Shown: positions 9,821 through 18,392, counted from the stretch's first letter. The stretch: DNA of 64,000 bases from Armatimonadota bacterium (GCA_039811685.1 JBDHZC010000001.1:64001-128000); one strand, 5' to 3'. Made by a program: numbers and translations. The notes: generated from the sequence alone by a model not told the origin.

Positions 9821-11170
9821 ATGAACAGACCTTTTCTTATATGCCGCCTGCAATCGGCATTTTTTGCGGCTGCAATCTTGGCCGTTTGCGCGTCACTTCC
9901 ACTCTACTGCGACAGTGCGCCACCACCGCCAGATGAGGCGGCAGCCGTATCCGGTGCCTCTGACGACAGCGTTGAAATTGCAGATTTAAAACGCGAAATC
10001 GAAACTCTGCGCAAGCGAATTGGGGAATTGGAGCGCAGGTACGCAGGCTCACCAGACGCTCTACCGCAGGCGGAGACAGACAGCAGTATTGTGGCCCCTC
10101 CCGAGGCTGCGGAAGGGACGGATCATGCGTCCGCGCCGGAGCCTGCCGGCGCCGGGCGGGCGTTGCTGCTCCCGGATATCAGCCTGATAGGGAACTTCCT
10201 TGGAAATCTGAGCTCAGACAAGCGCTCTGGCCATCGGAATAGCATAGATGTTGAAGCTGTGGAGCTTGGGATTCAGAGCTACGTCTATCCAGGAGTGAAG
10301 GCGGACGTCTTTATTGCAATGCCACACGAGGACGGCCATCGCGCACAGGTGGAGGAAGCCTATCTGAGCGCGCTCAATCTTGGCAAGGGCTTGAGCCTGC
10401 GGGTTGGAAAGAGCAAAGTTCCCTTCGGCCGCGTGAATCAGTTGCATGCGCACTCGTGGCTGTATGTAACTCAGCCGTCGGCTCTGGCTAACCTTGTGTC
10501 TCCGGAGTCGCTGATCGGAGAAGGAGCCTATCTGAGCTACCTCGCGCCGACACCCGGAAAGCTCTTTGCACAGCTTGACGCCGGATTCTGGACCAATCCT
10601 GCGGAGCCGGAGTTTGGAGACCCGACGGACCCGTCCGCAATTCTGAAAGGCGCTGGAGCGGCGTTTGGGGATCGCTTCAACACGCTTCGGCTCTGGACTT
10701 CCTACCCTACGACAGAACGCTCAGAGCTTGAACTAGGCGCCAGCCACGCCTGGGGCTCTGGAGCCATCCCACCGGCGCATTCCGTGCGTTCACGGGTCGG
10801 ACTCTCGGGTGCGGATGTCTCGTACCGCATTTTTCAGGGCAACAACAAGCGTCTGCTGCTGCGCGGCGAACACATCTGGCGACGGGCTGATCACGGGGCT
10901 TTTCCGACTGCTCGCGGCTACTACCTTCTCGTAGATCAGCGCCTCAGCGCTTACAGAGAGTACGCGCTGCGCTACGACTGGAGCCAGTTTCCGTATGCGC
11001 CCGGACTGCACGAGAGCAGCATTTCCGGGATATTTACGAATCAACTCACAGAGCAGACTTACCTTCGTCTGCAGATAACTCACGGTTCCAGGCCCGGTAA
11101 GAGCCACTACAACGAACTCTGGCTGCAATGGGTCTGGGGCGTCGGTCCGCACACACACGATCTCGAGTAA
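9821..11170 (+). CDS. outer-membrane beta-barrel associated with metal ABC uptake (porin-like)
   Basis: Signal peptide, coiled coil, PDISLIGN, VELGIQSYVYP, VEEAY, FGRVNQLHAH, alternating beta strands, C-terminal GPHTHDLE. Confidence 0.75.
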   Translation: MNRPFLICRLQSAFFAAAILAVCASLPLYCDSAPPPPDEAAAVSGASDDSVEIADLKREIETLRKRIGELERRYAGSPDALPQAETDSSIVAPPEAAEGTDHASAPEPAGAGRALLLPDISLIGNFLGNLSSDKRSGHRNSIDVEAVELGIQSYVYPGVKADVFIAMPHEDGHRAQVEEAYLSALNLGKGLSLRVGKSKVPFGRVNQLHAHSWLYVTQPSALANLVSPESLIGEGAYLSYLAPTPGKLFAQLDAGFWTNPAEPEFGDPTDPSAILKGAGAAFGDRFNTLRLWTSYPTTERSELELGASHAWGSGAIPPAHSVRSRVGLSGADVSYRIFQGNNKRLLLRGEHIWRRADHGAFPTARGYYLLVDQRLSAYREYALRYDWSQFPYAPGLHESSISGIFTNQLTEQTYLRLQITHGSRPGKSHYNELWLQWVWGVGPHTHDLE

Positions 11171-11182
11171 AGGAGGTTCATC

Positions 11183-12091
11183 GTGAAATCTATGTTCTAT
11201 CGCGCTTTCTTAGCTCTCATAATCGCTCTTTCGGTTTCTTGCCAGGCTCAGGCTGCAGTGAAGGTTGTCACTTCCACGCCGGAGCTGGCAGCAATAGCAA
11301 AGGAGGTCGGCGGCGCCAGAATCTCTGTGGTATCACTGGCAAAGCCTGACCAGGATTATCACAAGGTGGAAGCCCGTCCCAGCGATGTGCGCCAGGTGGC
11401 GCAGGCAGCCCTTCTGGTTCGCGTCGGGATGGATATAGACCTCTGGATGGACGCCGTGATAAACGCTGCTCGAAACAGCAAGGTCAGTCGTGGCGCTCCT
11501 GGTTATGTGGATGCCTCTGCGATGATCAGAAAGCTCCAGGTTCCGAAGGCAAGTATCACAGGCGCATCCGGCGATATTCATGCTATGGGCAATCCGCACT
11601 ACTGGTTGGACCCTGCCAACGGCAAAGTCATCGCCTATGAAATCCTTCTTGGATTGCGCAAGGTGGACTCAAAAAACGCTGCTTCTTACGATGGTAACTA
11701 CAGCGCATTTGTCAAACGGATTGACGCAAAAATGCAACAGTGGAAGGCGAGTATGGCTCCGGTCAAAGGCCACCCTGTCGTCGCTTACCACGATGAGTGG
11801 ATCTACTTCTACACGCGCTTTGGTCTCAGGGCGTTCGGTTATCTGGAACCAAAACCGGGGATTCCGCCCAGCGCCGGGCACATCAGCGACCTGATAAGCA
11901 GGATGAAGACGGCGAAGGCAAAAGCAGTCATCGTCCCTTCCATTTACCCGATGCGCTTCCCTGAGACAGTCGCGAGCGCGACAGGGGCCCGGATAGTCCG
12001 CGTTCCTTATTCCGTCGGTTCAATGGGAACCTCCGGCTACATCAATTACATGGATGCTATCGTATCAGCCGTTGTTCGAGGCATGAGGTAA
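11183..12091 (+). CDS. Zn/Mn-type ABC substrate-binding protein (ZnuA/TroA family)
   Basis: VVTST, QDYH, GDIHAMGNPHYWLDP, YHD, EPKPGIPPS. Confidence 0.92.
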   Translation: MKSMFYRAFLALIIALSVSCQAQAAVKVVTSTPELAAIAKEVGGARISVVSLAKPDQDYHKVEARPSDVRQVAQAALLVRVGMDIDLWMDAVINAARNSKVSRGAPGYVDASAMIRKLQVPKASITGASGDIHAMGNPHYWLDPANGKVIAYEILLGLRKVDSKNAASYDGNYSAFVKRIDAKMQQWKASMAPVKGHPVVAYHDEWIYFYTRFGLRAFGYLEPKPGIPPSAGHISDLISRMKTAKAKAVIVPSIYPMRFPETVASATGARIVRVPYSVGSMGTSGYINYMDAIVSAVVRGMR

Positions 12092-12094
12092 GCC

Positions 12095-12856
12095 ATGTAC
12101 TCCGAAGAAAATCAGGCCGGGAACTCGCTACTACTGCGCTTTGAAGATGTCTCCCTGGCTTACGGCCGGCGTGTAGTTCTACAGAACCTCAACTTCAGTC
12201 TGCACAGGGGTGACTACGTTGGTCTGGTGGGGCCGAACGGCGCCGGGAAAACTACACTCCTGCGTGCGCTTCTGGGTACAGTCAAGCCGCACTCAGGCGC
12301 CATCCACAGTCCGCGTAGCGTCCACTGGGGGTACGTCCCGCAGGTTCAGACGATGGATGAACACTTCCCTTTCAGTGTTCTGGATGTTGCGCTGATGGGA
12401 CGCTACCGCCAGTGCGGCCTGCTGAGGCGGCCTTCGGCGCAGGACCGCGCGATCGCCATGCGGGCACTGGAAGACGTGGGTATCGCGGACCTGCATTCCC
12501 GCACTTTTCGTGAACTCTCAGGAGGGCAGAGGCAGCGGGCTCTTATGGCTCGGGCGCTCGCCTCCCAACCAGACGCGCTGGCTCTGGATGAGCCTACCAA
12601 CGACATGGACATTTCCGCAGAACGCGCCACGATGGAGTTGTTGGATCGTCTGCACAGTGAGCACGGGTTACTTGTGCTGATGGCAAGCCATCTGCTCAAC
12701 GTTGTCGTCAATCACGTTCAGGAAGTGGCCCTTATTGGGCGCGGCACATTGGCGCTAGGCGCGGTTGACGATATGATTCATTCCGAGCGCCTGAAGGCGC
12801 TCTACGGAGTTGACGTTACAGTGGCCCATCTCGGGGACAGGCGGCTCGTTGTATGA
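12095..12856 (+). CDS. metal ABC transporter ATPase (ZnuC-like)
   Basis: GPNGAGKT, GYVPQ, LSGGQRQR, LDEP. Confidence 0.93.
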   Translation: MYSEENQAGNSLLLRFEDVSLAYGRRVVLQNLNFSLHRGDYVGLVGPNGAGKTTLLRALLGTVKPHSGAIHSPRSVHWGYVPQVQTMDEHFPFSVLDVALMGRYRQCGLLRRPSAQDRAIAMRALEDVGIADLHSRTFRELSGGQRQRALMARALASQPDALALDEPTNDMDISAERATMELLDRLHSEHGLLVLMASHLLNVVVNHVQEVALIGRGTLALGAVDDMIHSERLKALYGVDVTVAHLGDRRLVV

Positions 12857-13956
12857 AACCTTGGACACTGGCTGCCGCGCTGTGTGCGTCGCTAGCGGTG
12901 TTTGCGCCGAGCATGGCCTCAGTAACTCTCCCGCCCCCTCCGCCGCCGGAGTCAGCAAGTCCTTCCCGTGAGGCTCGCGATACGGCTCATGGGACGGACC
13001 ACGCCTCTCACGCCGCTTCTCCGGATAGGCCGCCGTCCGCAGAAAGGAGCCAGAGTCCGAGCGTCACGTCCGGGCAGCCCTCTTTGGCCCCTGACACGGC
13101 TTCCCCAGAGACAGGCTCATCACGCCACGCGGCGCGGAACTTCGTGCAGGTTTTTACGGCGCAGGAGAATGCGTTCATGCGGCCGGCGCTGCTGGTGGGT
13201 GTGATGGTGGCGGTAGTCTGCGCGTATTTGGGATTCTACGTTATTCTAAAGCGCGTCGTATTTCTGGGCCTTGCGCTGGCGGAAGTCAGCTCTGCGGGCG
13301 TTGCTCTGGGCCTAGCGATCAGTGTCAACCCGGTACTTGTGTCTATCGGGACAATGCTGGTGGGAGTCGTTGCGTTTTCGGTGAAATGGTCTGCGCGGCG
13401 CATTCCTCAGGATGCCTTTATCGGTGTTGGCTTTGCGTTTGCTTCCGCAGCTGCGCTTCTTCTGGTCGCAAGTAGCCCGGTTGGCGAGGCGCACATGCTG
13501 GATCTGCTTCGCGGCGATATTCTCACTGTCCAGCCATGGGAGCTCTTTGCGACTGGCATCGGGCTGGGATTTGTCGCTATCCTGCATCTGCTCTTCACAA
13601 AAGAGCTGCTGTTTGTTTCGTTTGATCCGGAGACGGCCGCGGCGTCCGGGTACAACGTACGTATGTGGGAGATGGCGCTGTTTCTCAGCGTGGGGCTAAC
13701 TATCGCGCTTGGTATCCACGCGACAGGCGTACTGTTCACTTCAGGCGCTCTGGTCATACCGGCAACTACTGCGCTGCTACTTTCAAAACGCTTCACGCAG
13801 TGTGCGATTATCGCTGTGGCCCTCGGAGCGCTCCCTGTGCCTGTTGGACTCTACATTTCCTTTGTCACAGATATGAGCGCATCCGCTTCCGTTGTTGCCG
13901 TCTCGTTCGCTCTGCTTGTCGTCGCGGCGATTGGTGTCCGCGCGTCTCACAGGTAG
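12853..13956 (+). CDS. metal ABC transporter permease (ZnuB-like) with extra N-terminal exported low-complexity segment
   Basis: ABC-3 permease motifs LGFYVILKR..ALAEVS, LLRGDIL, SFDPETA; about 95-aa signal peptide plus Pro/Ser/His extension; 4-nt overlap with the ATPase. Confidence 0.88.
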   Translation: MKPWTLAAALCASLAVFAPSMASVTLPPPPPPESASPSREARDTAHGTDHASHAASPDRPPSAERSQSPSVTSGQPSLAPDTASPETGSSRHAARNFVQVFTAQENAFMRPALLVGVMVAVVCAYLGFYVILKRVVFLGLALAEVSSAGVALGLAISVNPVLVSIGTMLVGVVAFSVKWSARRIPQDAFIGVGFAFASAAALLLVASSPVGEAHMLDLLRGDILTVQPWELFATGIGLGFVAILHLLFTKELLFVSFDPETAAASGYNVRMWEMALFLSVGLTIALGIHATGVLFTSGALVIPATTALLLSKRFTQCAIIAVALGALPVPVGLYISFVTDMSASASVVAVSFALLVVAAIGVRASHR

Positions 13957-14073
13957 GCCTTAGCGGGCAAACAGGTAAGGCTGTCAGGGTTTCGTTTGTG
14001 CGCACGTGGAACACTAGATATGACACTCGCTGTGCAGCTCCTGTTGTGTGGAGGGTGTCAGACAACAGCCGAT

Positions 14074-14182
14074 CGTGACCGAAAAGGCAAATCTGCCGAA
14101 AGGCAGTGACGCAAAGCCACGGGTCTAAAGCTCGCCTTGCGCCCCGCGCGTGGGTGAGCTACGATAGCCGAGCTGCCGAAAC
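14074..14182 (+). ncRNA. cyclic di-GMP-I (GEMM-I) riboswitch
   Basis: CGAAAAGGCAAA-TCTGCC-GAAA-GGCAG-TGACGCAAAGCC-ACGGGTCTAA-(AGCTC...GAGCT)-ACGATAGCCGAGCTGCCGAA follows the GEMM consensus, including GNRA tetraloop and receptor; G at the Vc2 G20-equivalent position. Confidence 0.9.
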
Positions 14183-14313
14183 ACTGCGGGTTGTCGTGTT
14201 GTGGCATGGTCGCCGCGCTCTTGCGCCGGGTTGACAGTGTCACAGCATTACCCCTTTGTGGTAACTTCCCCAGTTTGCCAGGTCTCTTCGATCACGCGGT
14301 GTTGATGGTCCGT

Positions 14314-14339
14314 TGCGGGCCGAAGCTCTTCGGCCCGCA
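14314..14339 (+). promoter_or_regulatory. 12-bp perfect hairpin in the riboswitch leader (possible terminator or expression platform)
   Basis: TGCGGGCCGAAG-CT-CTTCGGCCCGCA followed by CTTGTT. Confidence 0.5.
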
Positions 14340-14587
14340 CTTGTTCACATCTTGCGAACGGGAAACCTTCCCGCTTCGCAGAGCGACCAGGTGCGCCCGC
14401 GTTTCTTGCGGGTTTGCGGATACTCACCTCACACGCGAACTCTGCCAATGGCTGCAAGGCCGGAGCGCAGAGTGAGCTCACGATTACTGGCCAGGGCGAT
14501 CAGGTAAATGACTGGTTCTCCATGGCCGGAGCCACTACTGATCCAGACCTCGCGCTCCCAATTTGCGAGGTGCTTGGGGGATTACCA

Positions 14588-16465
14588 ATGCACAGGCTAT
14601 GGCTTAGTTCCACGCTTAGAGTCCTGTCGTCGGTCGGAATGATTGCGTTTCTCACACCAGCCGCCCACGCTGTGGGAACGCTTGCAGGGACACAGATACC
14701 CTGCTGGTCAACCGCTACCTACACCGACGAACAGGGAGTTCTCCAGGGACAGGCATCAAGCAACACGCTGGTGATGACCGTTTCCAAGATGCGGGATGTT
14801 GTTGTCACACCGCCCTCGAAGAACGGCGAAGCCACCGTCGGCTCTTTCAGCGCGATGCCAGTGGAGATAAAGAATCTCAGCAACTCCACCGAAACGTTCG
14901 CTCTCACAGTGAGTGGACCCAGCGGATGGAGTTGCCGCGCGTTTTCTGACGACAGCGGCGATGGGGAACTGCAGTCGGACGAGACGACTGAAGTAACCAC
15001 CACGCCGGCGATGGCGCCTGACTCCGTCATGAAAGTTCTCGTGCGCGTTGACGTGCCCGCAGATGGCGCTACCGGCGTAACTGGTACGGTCGTTCTGCGA
15101 ATTCGAGCGCTGGGTGACGGGCCCCCGGCTCAAGCGTCAGCGGTTTACAATCTCAAGACAGTGCAGTCCCTGCCAACCGTCACTCTCACGACAGTTCCGT
15201 CCACGCCTGTACTGGGTACACAGTACACGCTTGTCGCTCGCGCAAACCCTGCCAAAGCAGTGCAGCTAAACATTCGCACGCTCTCTCCGGACGGCGTGCC
15301 TGGAAATTACTCGCTGTCCACCGACGCTTTTGGACGCGGTTTTCTCACGCTCAACGCTGACTGTTCCGGCATCTGGTCTATTGCCGCCAGACATGCCAAC
15401 GCCTCTGTGAATGCTCCGGATGCGGCAACACTTGCGTTGAACTGCCAGCCCATCACTTACACGACGTCCGGTTCAGATATGGTGTCTGTACCTGTTCAGT
15501 TGACGAACAACTCGGCTGGCGATGTCTTCGGCCCATCCACGGGTCTGGCTGTCACCCGCTGGGTACCCTCTGAAGCGCGCTATGCGACTTATGTCGCGTA
15601 TCGTAACTATGTCAACGATCCGGGCTTGCAGACCGTCTCTCCGGGCCAGGCTTTCTTCACCTACACACCCACGAGCAGCTCAATCGCGCCCCAGGGCCGC
15701 CTGGTGGACCAGAGCGCTCCCTTCTCTGTCGATCTGCAGCGTGGGTGGAATCAGATTGGTTCTCCATTCCTGAAAGCTATTCCGTGGGCGGGATGCCGGG
15801 TCGAGTATAACGGCAAGAGCTACAGCATGTCCGAGGCCAGAAGCAACTCCCTGATGTTGGACTATGCTTGGGCCGGCTCTAAGACGGGCGTCCTCTTCGA
15901 CTACGGACTCGTCCATCCCCAGCTCGGTGATGCGAAAAGCACGCTTGAGCCGTGGCAGGGCTACTGGGTGTATGCGTACCGGCCCGTCAAGCTGACCATG
16001 TCGCCGACTGTCACCGCTGTCACAGCGCCCAGGTTGTCCACTAATGAGTGGATTATCAAGCTGATGGGAATGGGGCCGAAAGCCATCGACTCCTCCAACT
16101 TCATGGGTGTGTGCGCAAACAAGTCCGTTCAGGACGTAGTGAATCCGCCAAGAGCCACCGAGTACGAGGACCTCTACTTCCCTGCAGCGGATGGTGGAGC
16201 CGGGCGTTTCGCAACCGACATCCGGTCTTCGATCACTGGCGTGGCAAACTGGACATTTGAAGTCGCCAGCTCTGAAGGTACGCAGCTTCACAATGTGACC
16301 TGGTACGGTGCGGAGAGCGTTCCTACAGGCTACACAATCACGCTCAAAGACCTCCAGACCGGACGCACGACTGATATGCGATCAACTATGCGATATATCT
16401 ACAAGCCGCTGGCGCCCGATAAGCCTTACCGCTTCCAGGTGACTGTGGATACTCGAAAGCGCTAA
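14588..16465 (+). CDS. large exported beta-rich surface protein (DUF11-like/Ig-like domains)
   Basis: ATG 14588 with GGGGG RBS; signal peptide ending AHA; AGTQI..ATY..SNTLV..V N-terminal pattern; Ig-like Thr/Val-rich domains; LQRGWNQIG, LEPWQGYWV. Confidence 0.7.
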   Translation: MHRLWLSSTLRVLSSVGMIAFLTPAAHAVGTLAGTQIPCWSTATYTDEQGVLQGQASSNTLVMTVSKMRDVVVTPPSKNGEATVGSFSAMPVEIKNLSNSTETFALTVSGPSGWSCRAFSDDSGDGELQSDETTEVTTTPAMAPDSVMKVLVRVDVPADGATGVTGTVVLRIRALGDGPPAQASAVYNLKTVQSLPTVTLTTVPSTPVLGTQYTLVARANPAKAVQLNIRTLSPDGVPGNYSLSTDAFGRGFLTLNADCSGIWSIAARHANASVNAPDAATLALNCQPITYTTSGSDMVSVPVQLTNNSAGDVFGPSTGLAVTRWVPSEARYATYVAYRNYVNDPGLQTVSPGQAFFTYTPTSSSIAPQGRLVDQSAPFSVDLQRGWNQIGSPFLKAIPWAGCRVEYNGKSYSMSEARSNSLMLDYAWAGSKTGVLFDYGLVHPQLGDAKSTLEPWQGYWVYAYRPVKLTMSPTVTAVTAPRLSTNEWIIKLMGMGPKAIDSSNFMGVCANKSVQDVVNPPRATEYEDLYFPAADGGAGRFATDIRSSITGVANWTFEVASSEGTQLHNVTWYGAESVPTGYTITLKDLQTGRTTDMRSTMRYIYKPLAPDKPYRFQVTVDTRKR

Positions 16466-16526
16466 GCCAACCAGATGTCTCTGCAATAAGCAACGACTAC
16501 CTACCAAGCCATACTGTTCAGACTCA

Positions 16527-16559
16527 GCCGGAGAGGTCCTCCTCCTCTCCGGCCTTTTT
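16527..16559 (+). terminator. rho-independent terminator
   Basis: GCCGGAGAGG-tcctcct-CCTCTCCGGC followed by CTTTTT. Confidence 0.75.
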
Positions 16560-16611
16560 GCGTCTATACGCGAACTGACCGTCAAAGGAGAAGGGAAAAG
16601 TGCGGGAGCCA

Positions 16612-16694
16612 TGCCGAAGAGAGGATTTGAACCTCCACGCCCTTGCGGGCACGTGGTCCTGAACCACGCGCGTCTGCCATTCCGCCACTTCGGC
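16612..16694 (-). tRNA. tRNA-Leu(CAG)
   Basis: GCCGAAG acceptor stem, D-loop GGAATGGCAGAC, anticodon arm CGTGG-TTCAGGA-CCACG, long variable arm, GGTTCAAATCC T-arm; CCA not encoded. Confidence 0.96.
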
Positions 16695-16728
16695 AAGTCA
16701 ACCGGCCTGATCCGCTCAGGCCTTCCAT

Positions 16729-16758
16729 AATTTAGCCAAAAGCCAGAAGACTCGTCAA
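16729..16758 (-). promoter_or_regulatory. sigma70 promoter of tRNA-Leu, TTGACG-N18-TAAATT
   Basis: Near-consensus boxes about 35 nt upstream of the tRNA. Confidence 0.55.
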
Positions 16759-16980
16759 GTGCGCCAGGTGCCATTAGTTCCGTTTCTTTTCCCTGCTATG
16801 CAAGAGCGCCGGATATTCCCCAGCAGTCCTGGTGGCCAGCATCAAGCGATGGTCACGTGACATCGGATTGGCCGTCCGATGCCTGGACTCCCTGCTTGCA
16901 GCCCAGCGACAGCTTGAAAGATTTATCTGTGACGTGATTTCATTCCAAACCTGCGCCGTCTGGCAAAACAATTCGCGGCC

Positions 16981-17009
16981 TTGACAAGCATCTGAATCAG
17001 GCGTAGATT
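16981..17009 (+). promoter_or_regulatory. sigma70 promoter TTGACA-N17-TAGATT facing the Rhs relic
   Basis: Perfect -35 box, 17-nt spacer, 4/6 match at -10. Confidence 0.6.
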
Positions 17010-17226
17010 TGTAAAAACAACGGCTCGTCGCGGCGCTCGTCCCTCACCACGCGACTCTCAATATGTCCGATCTGACAGGCGCCAGTACTTCGGGTAGCGC
17101 CATCTCTGGAGATGCCGTGACGCGATGTGAGCCAGGGCAATTAGAGACTATGAAAACAGAGCAAATAACGCCTTTTGCCTACGTGCTGCCTGAGGCCGGT
17201 CTCATCAGGTCACCAGCTTCGGCTAC

Positions 17227-17305
17227 GTTCTCGGGATTTCCGGGTTGGAGCCCGGTCAAGCCGGGGTTCTGCAAGTCTCAGCGTCCAACCCTCAAATCCC
17301 GAAAC
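17227..17305. repeat. imperfect inverted-repeat element (MITE-like or IS scar)
   Basis: TCGGGATTT/AAATCCCGA and GGGTTGGA/TCCAACCC arms enclosing about 34 nt. Confidence 0.55.
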
Positions 17306-17311
17306 ACCTAA

Positions 17312-17791
17312 CTGGATTATGAGTCAGACACCCTTTACTGCGCTGCGAGACCCACGATCCTCGTAGACCCAGATGGAAAGAAATGTCGCCCCGCCAAGTA
17401 CGGGCGTAAGGCGTGCGGACAATTCGATCCCGGGTATTGCTTGAACAAACTGCGCCGGTGTCTGAAAGGCGACCCGAAGTATGATCAGATAGTCAGCGCA
17501 GCCGCGAAGGCTGTGGTATACATCTGCGATGACCCAGCAGATCTTAGTGGCGATGGCACTGTGGGGACGACACATTGGCTGTTCGGGTGGCGAATCGACC
17601 TGCTTCAAGACAATACTGGCACATGGGACATGTGTGAAGTGTTCCTCCACGAGCTTATCCACGTTACGGCCGGTCCATACGGGTATGGGAACAATGAGGA
17701 CGAAGCGTACAAGTATGGCGATATTGAAAAACCTGGCTCCGTTTACAAAAAGAGGGGGTGTAAGTGCCCTAATAAGCGCCCGTGCAACTAG
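17312..17791 (+). pseudogene. orphan Rhs C-terminal toxin tip with HExxH metallopeptidase-like domain
   Basis: Start-less open frame reads LYCAARPTILVDPDG (Rhs core end PxxxxDPxG), then a Cys-rich domain with VFLHELIH..NEDEAY. Confidence 0.7.
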
Positions 17792-17801
17792 GACTGGTGC
17801 T

Positions 17802-18194
17802 TTGAAGGCAGCAGTAGCCCTGCTTGCCGCTATAGCGGTTGCCGTAGTCTTATATCCGATCTTCATTACGCCAAACAGCTTCGAGCCTGTGTGCATGAAG
17901 GAGGCCAGGAGTTTCGTCTACGCCGCCGGTCAGGCAATACAGCGGTACGCACATGATCACGATGGCTGCGCGCCCGACTCTCTAAGCCAGCTCTACCCTC
18001 TGTATACCCGCGACCGGCGTGTTACGACTTCGGTCGTCCGATTCAGTAATGAGCTGGCTGCTCTGGACTACAGTAAGCCCGGTAGGCTGGGTGATCCGCA
18101 TACCTTAGTCATGGAGGTTCGCTGGCTGCACAAACGGCGCGGGCTGCGGCCTGTGGAACTGTGGGGTGATCTTCACAGGCCGAGGATCATGTGA
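17802..18194 (+). CDS. membrane-anchored pseudopilin-like protein (candidate immunity partner)
   Basis: TTG 10 nt after the toxin stop; one TM helix, YPIF, then AIQRYAHDHDGCAPDSLSQLYPLY, resembling a GspG/DUF1559 helix but without a prepilin cleavage site. Confidence 0.5.
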   Translation: MKAAVALLAAIAVAVVLYPIFITPNSFEPVCMKEARSFVYAAGQAIQRYAHDHDGCAPDSLSQLYPLYTRDRRVTTSVVRFSNELAALDYSKPGRLGDPHTLVMEVRWLHKRRGLRPVELWGDLHRPRIM

Positions 18195-18227
18195 TATGGG
18201 GAGGGACCTGCGGAGGCACACGGCCCT

Positions 18228-18392
18228 ACCTATGATTCCGGCAACAGGGTCACGAAGATCGAGTACCCAAAGGACGGCAGCAACACCATCGTTGGAGAGG
18301 AAGAGTTCGGCTACTACCCCGATACCGGAGCCTTGCAGTGGAAGAAAGATGGCAATGGCAGCTACACGCTCTACCGGTACAATGATTTTCAT
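18228..18392 (+). pseudogene. YD/Rhs repeat fragment
   Basis: Start-less frame TYDSGNRVTKIEYPKDG..EEFGYYPDTGALQWKKDGNGSYTLYRYNDFH. Confidence 0.75.

Noticed and set aside
14074..14182. 3',3'-cGAMP (GEMM-Ib) variant of the riboswitch
   Set aside because: The discriminating nucleotide before GCAAA is G, as in c-di-GMP aptamers
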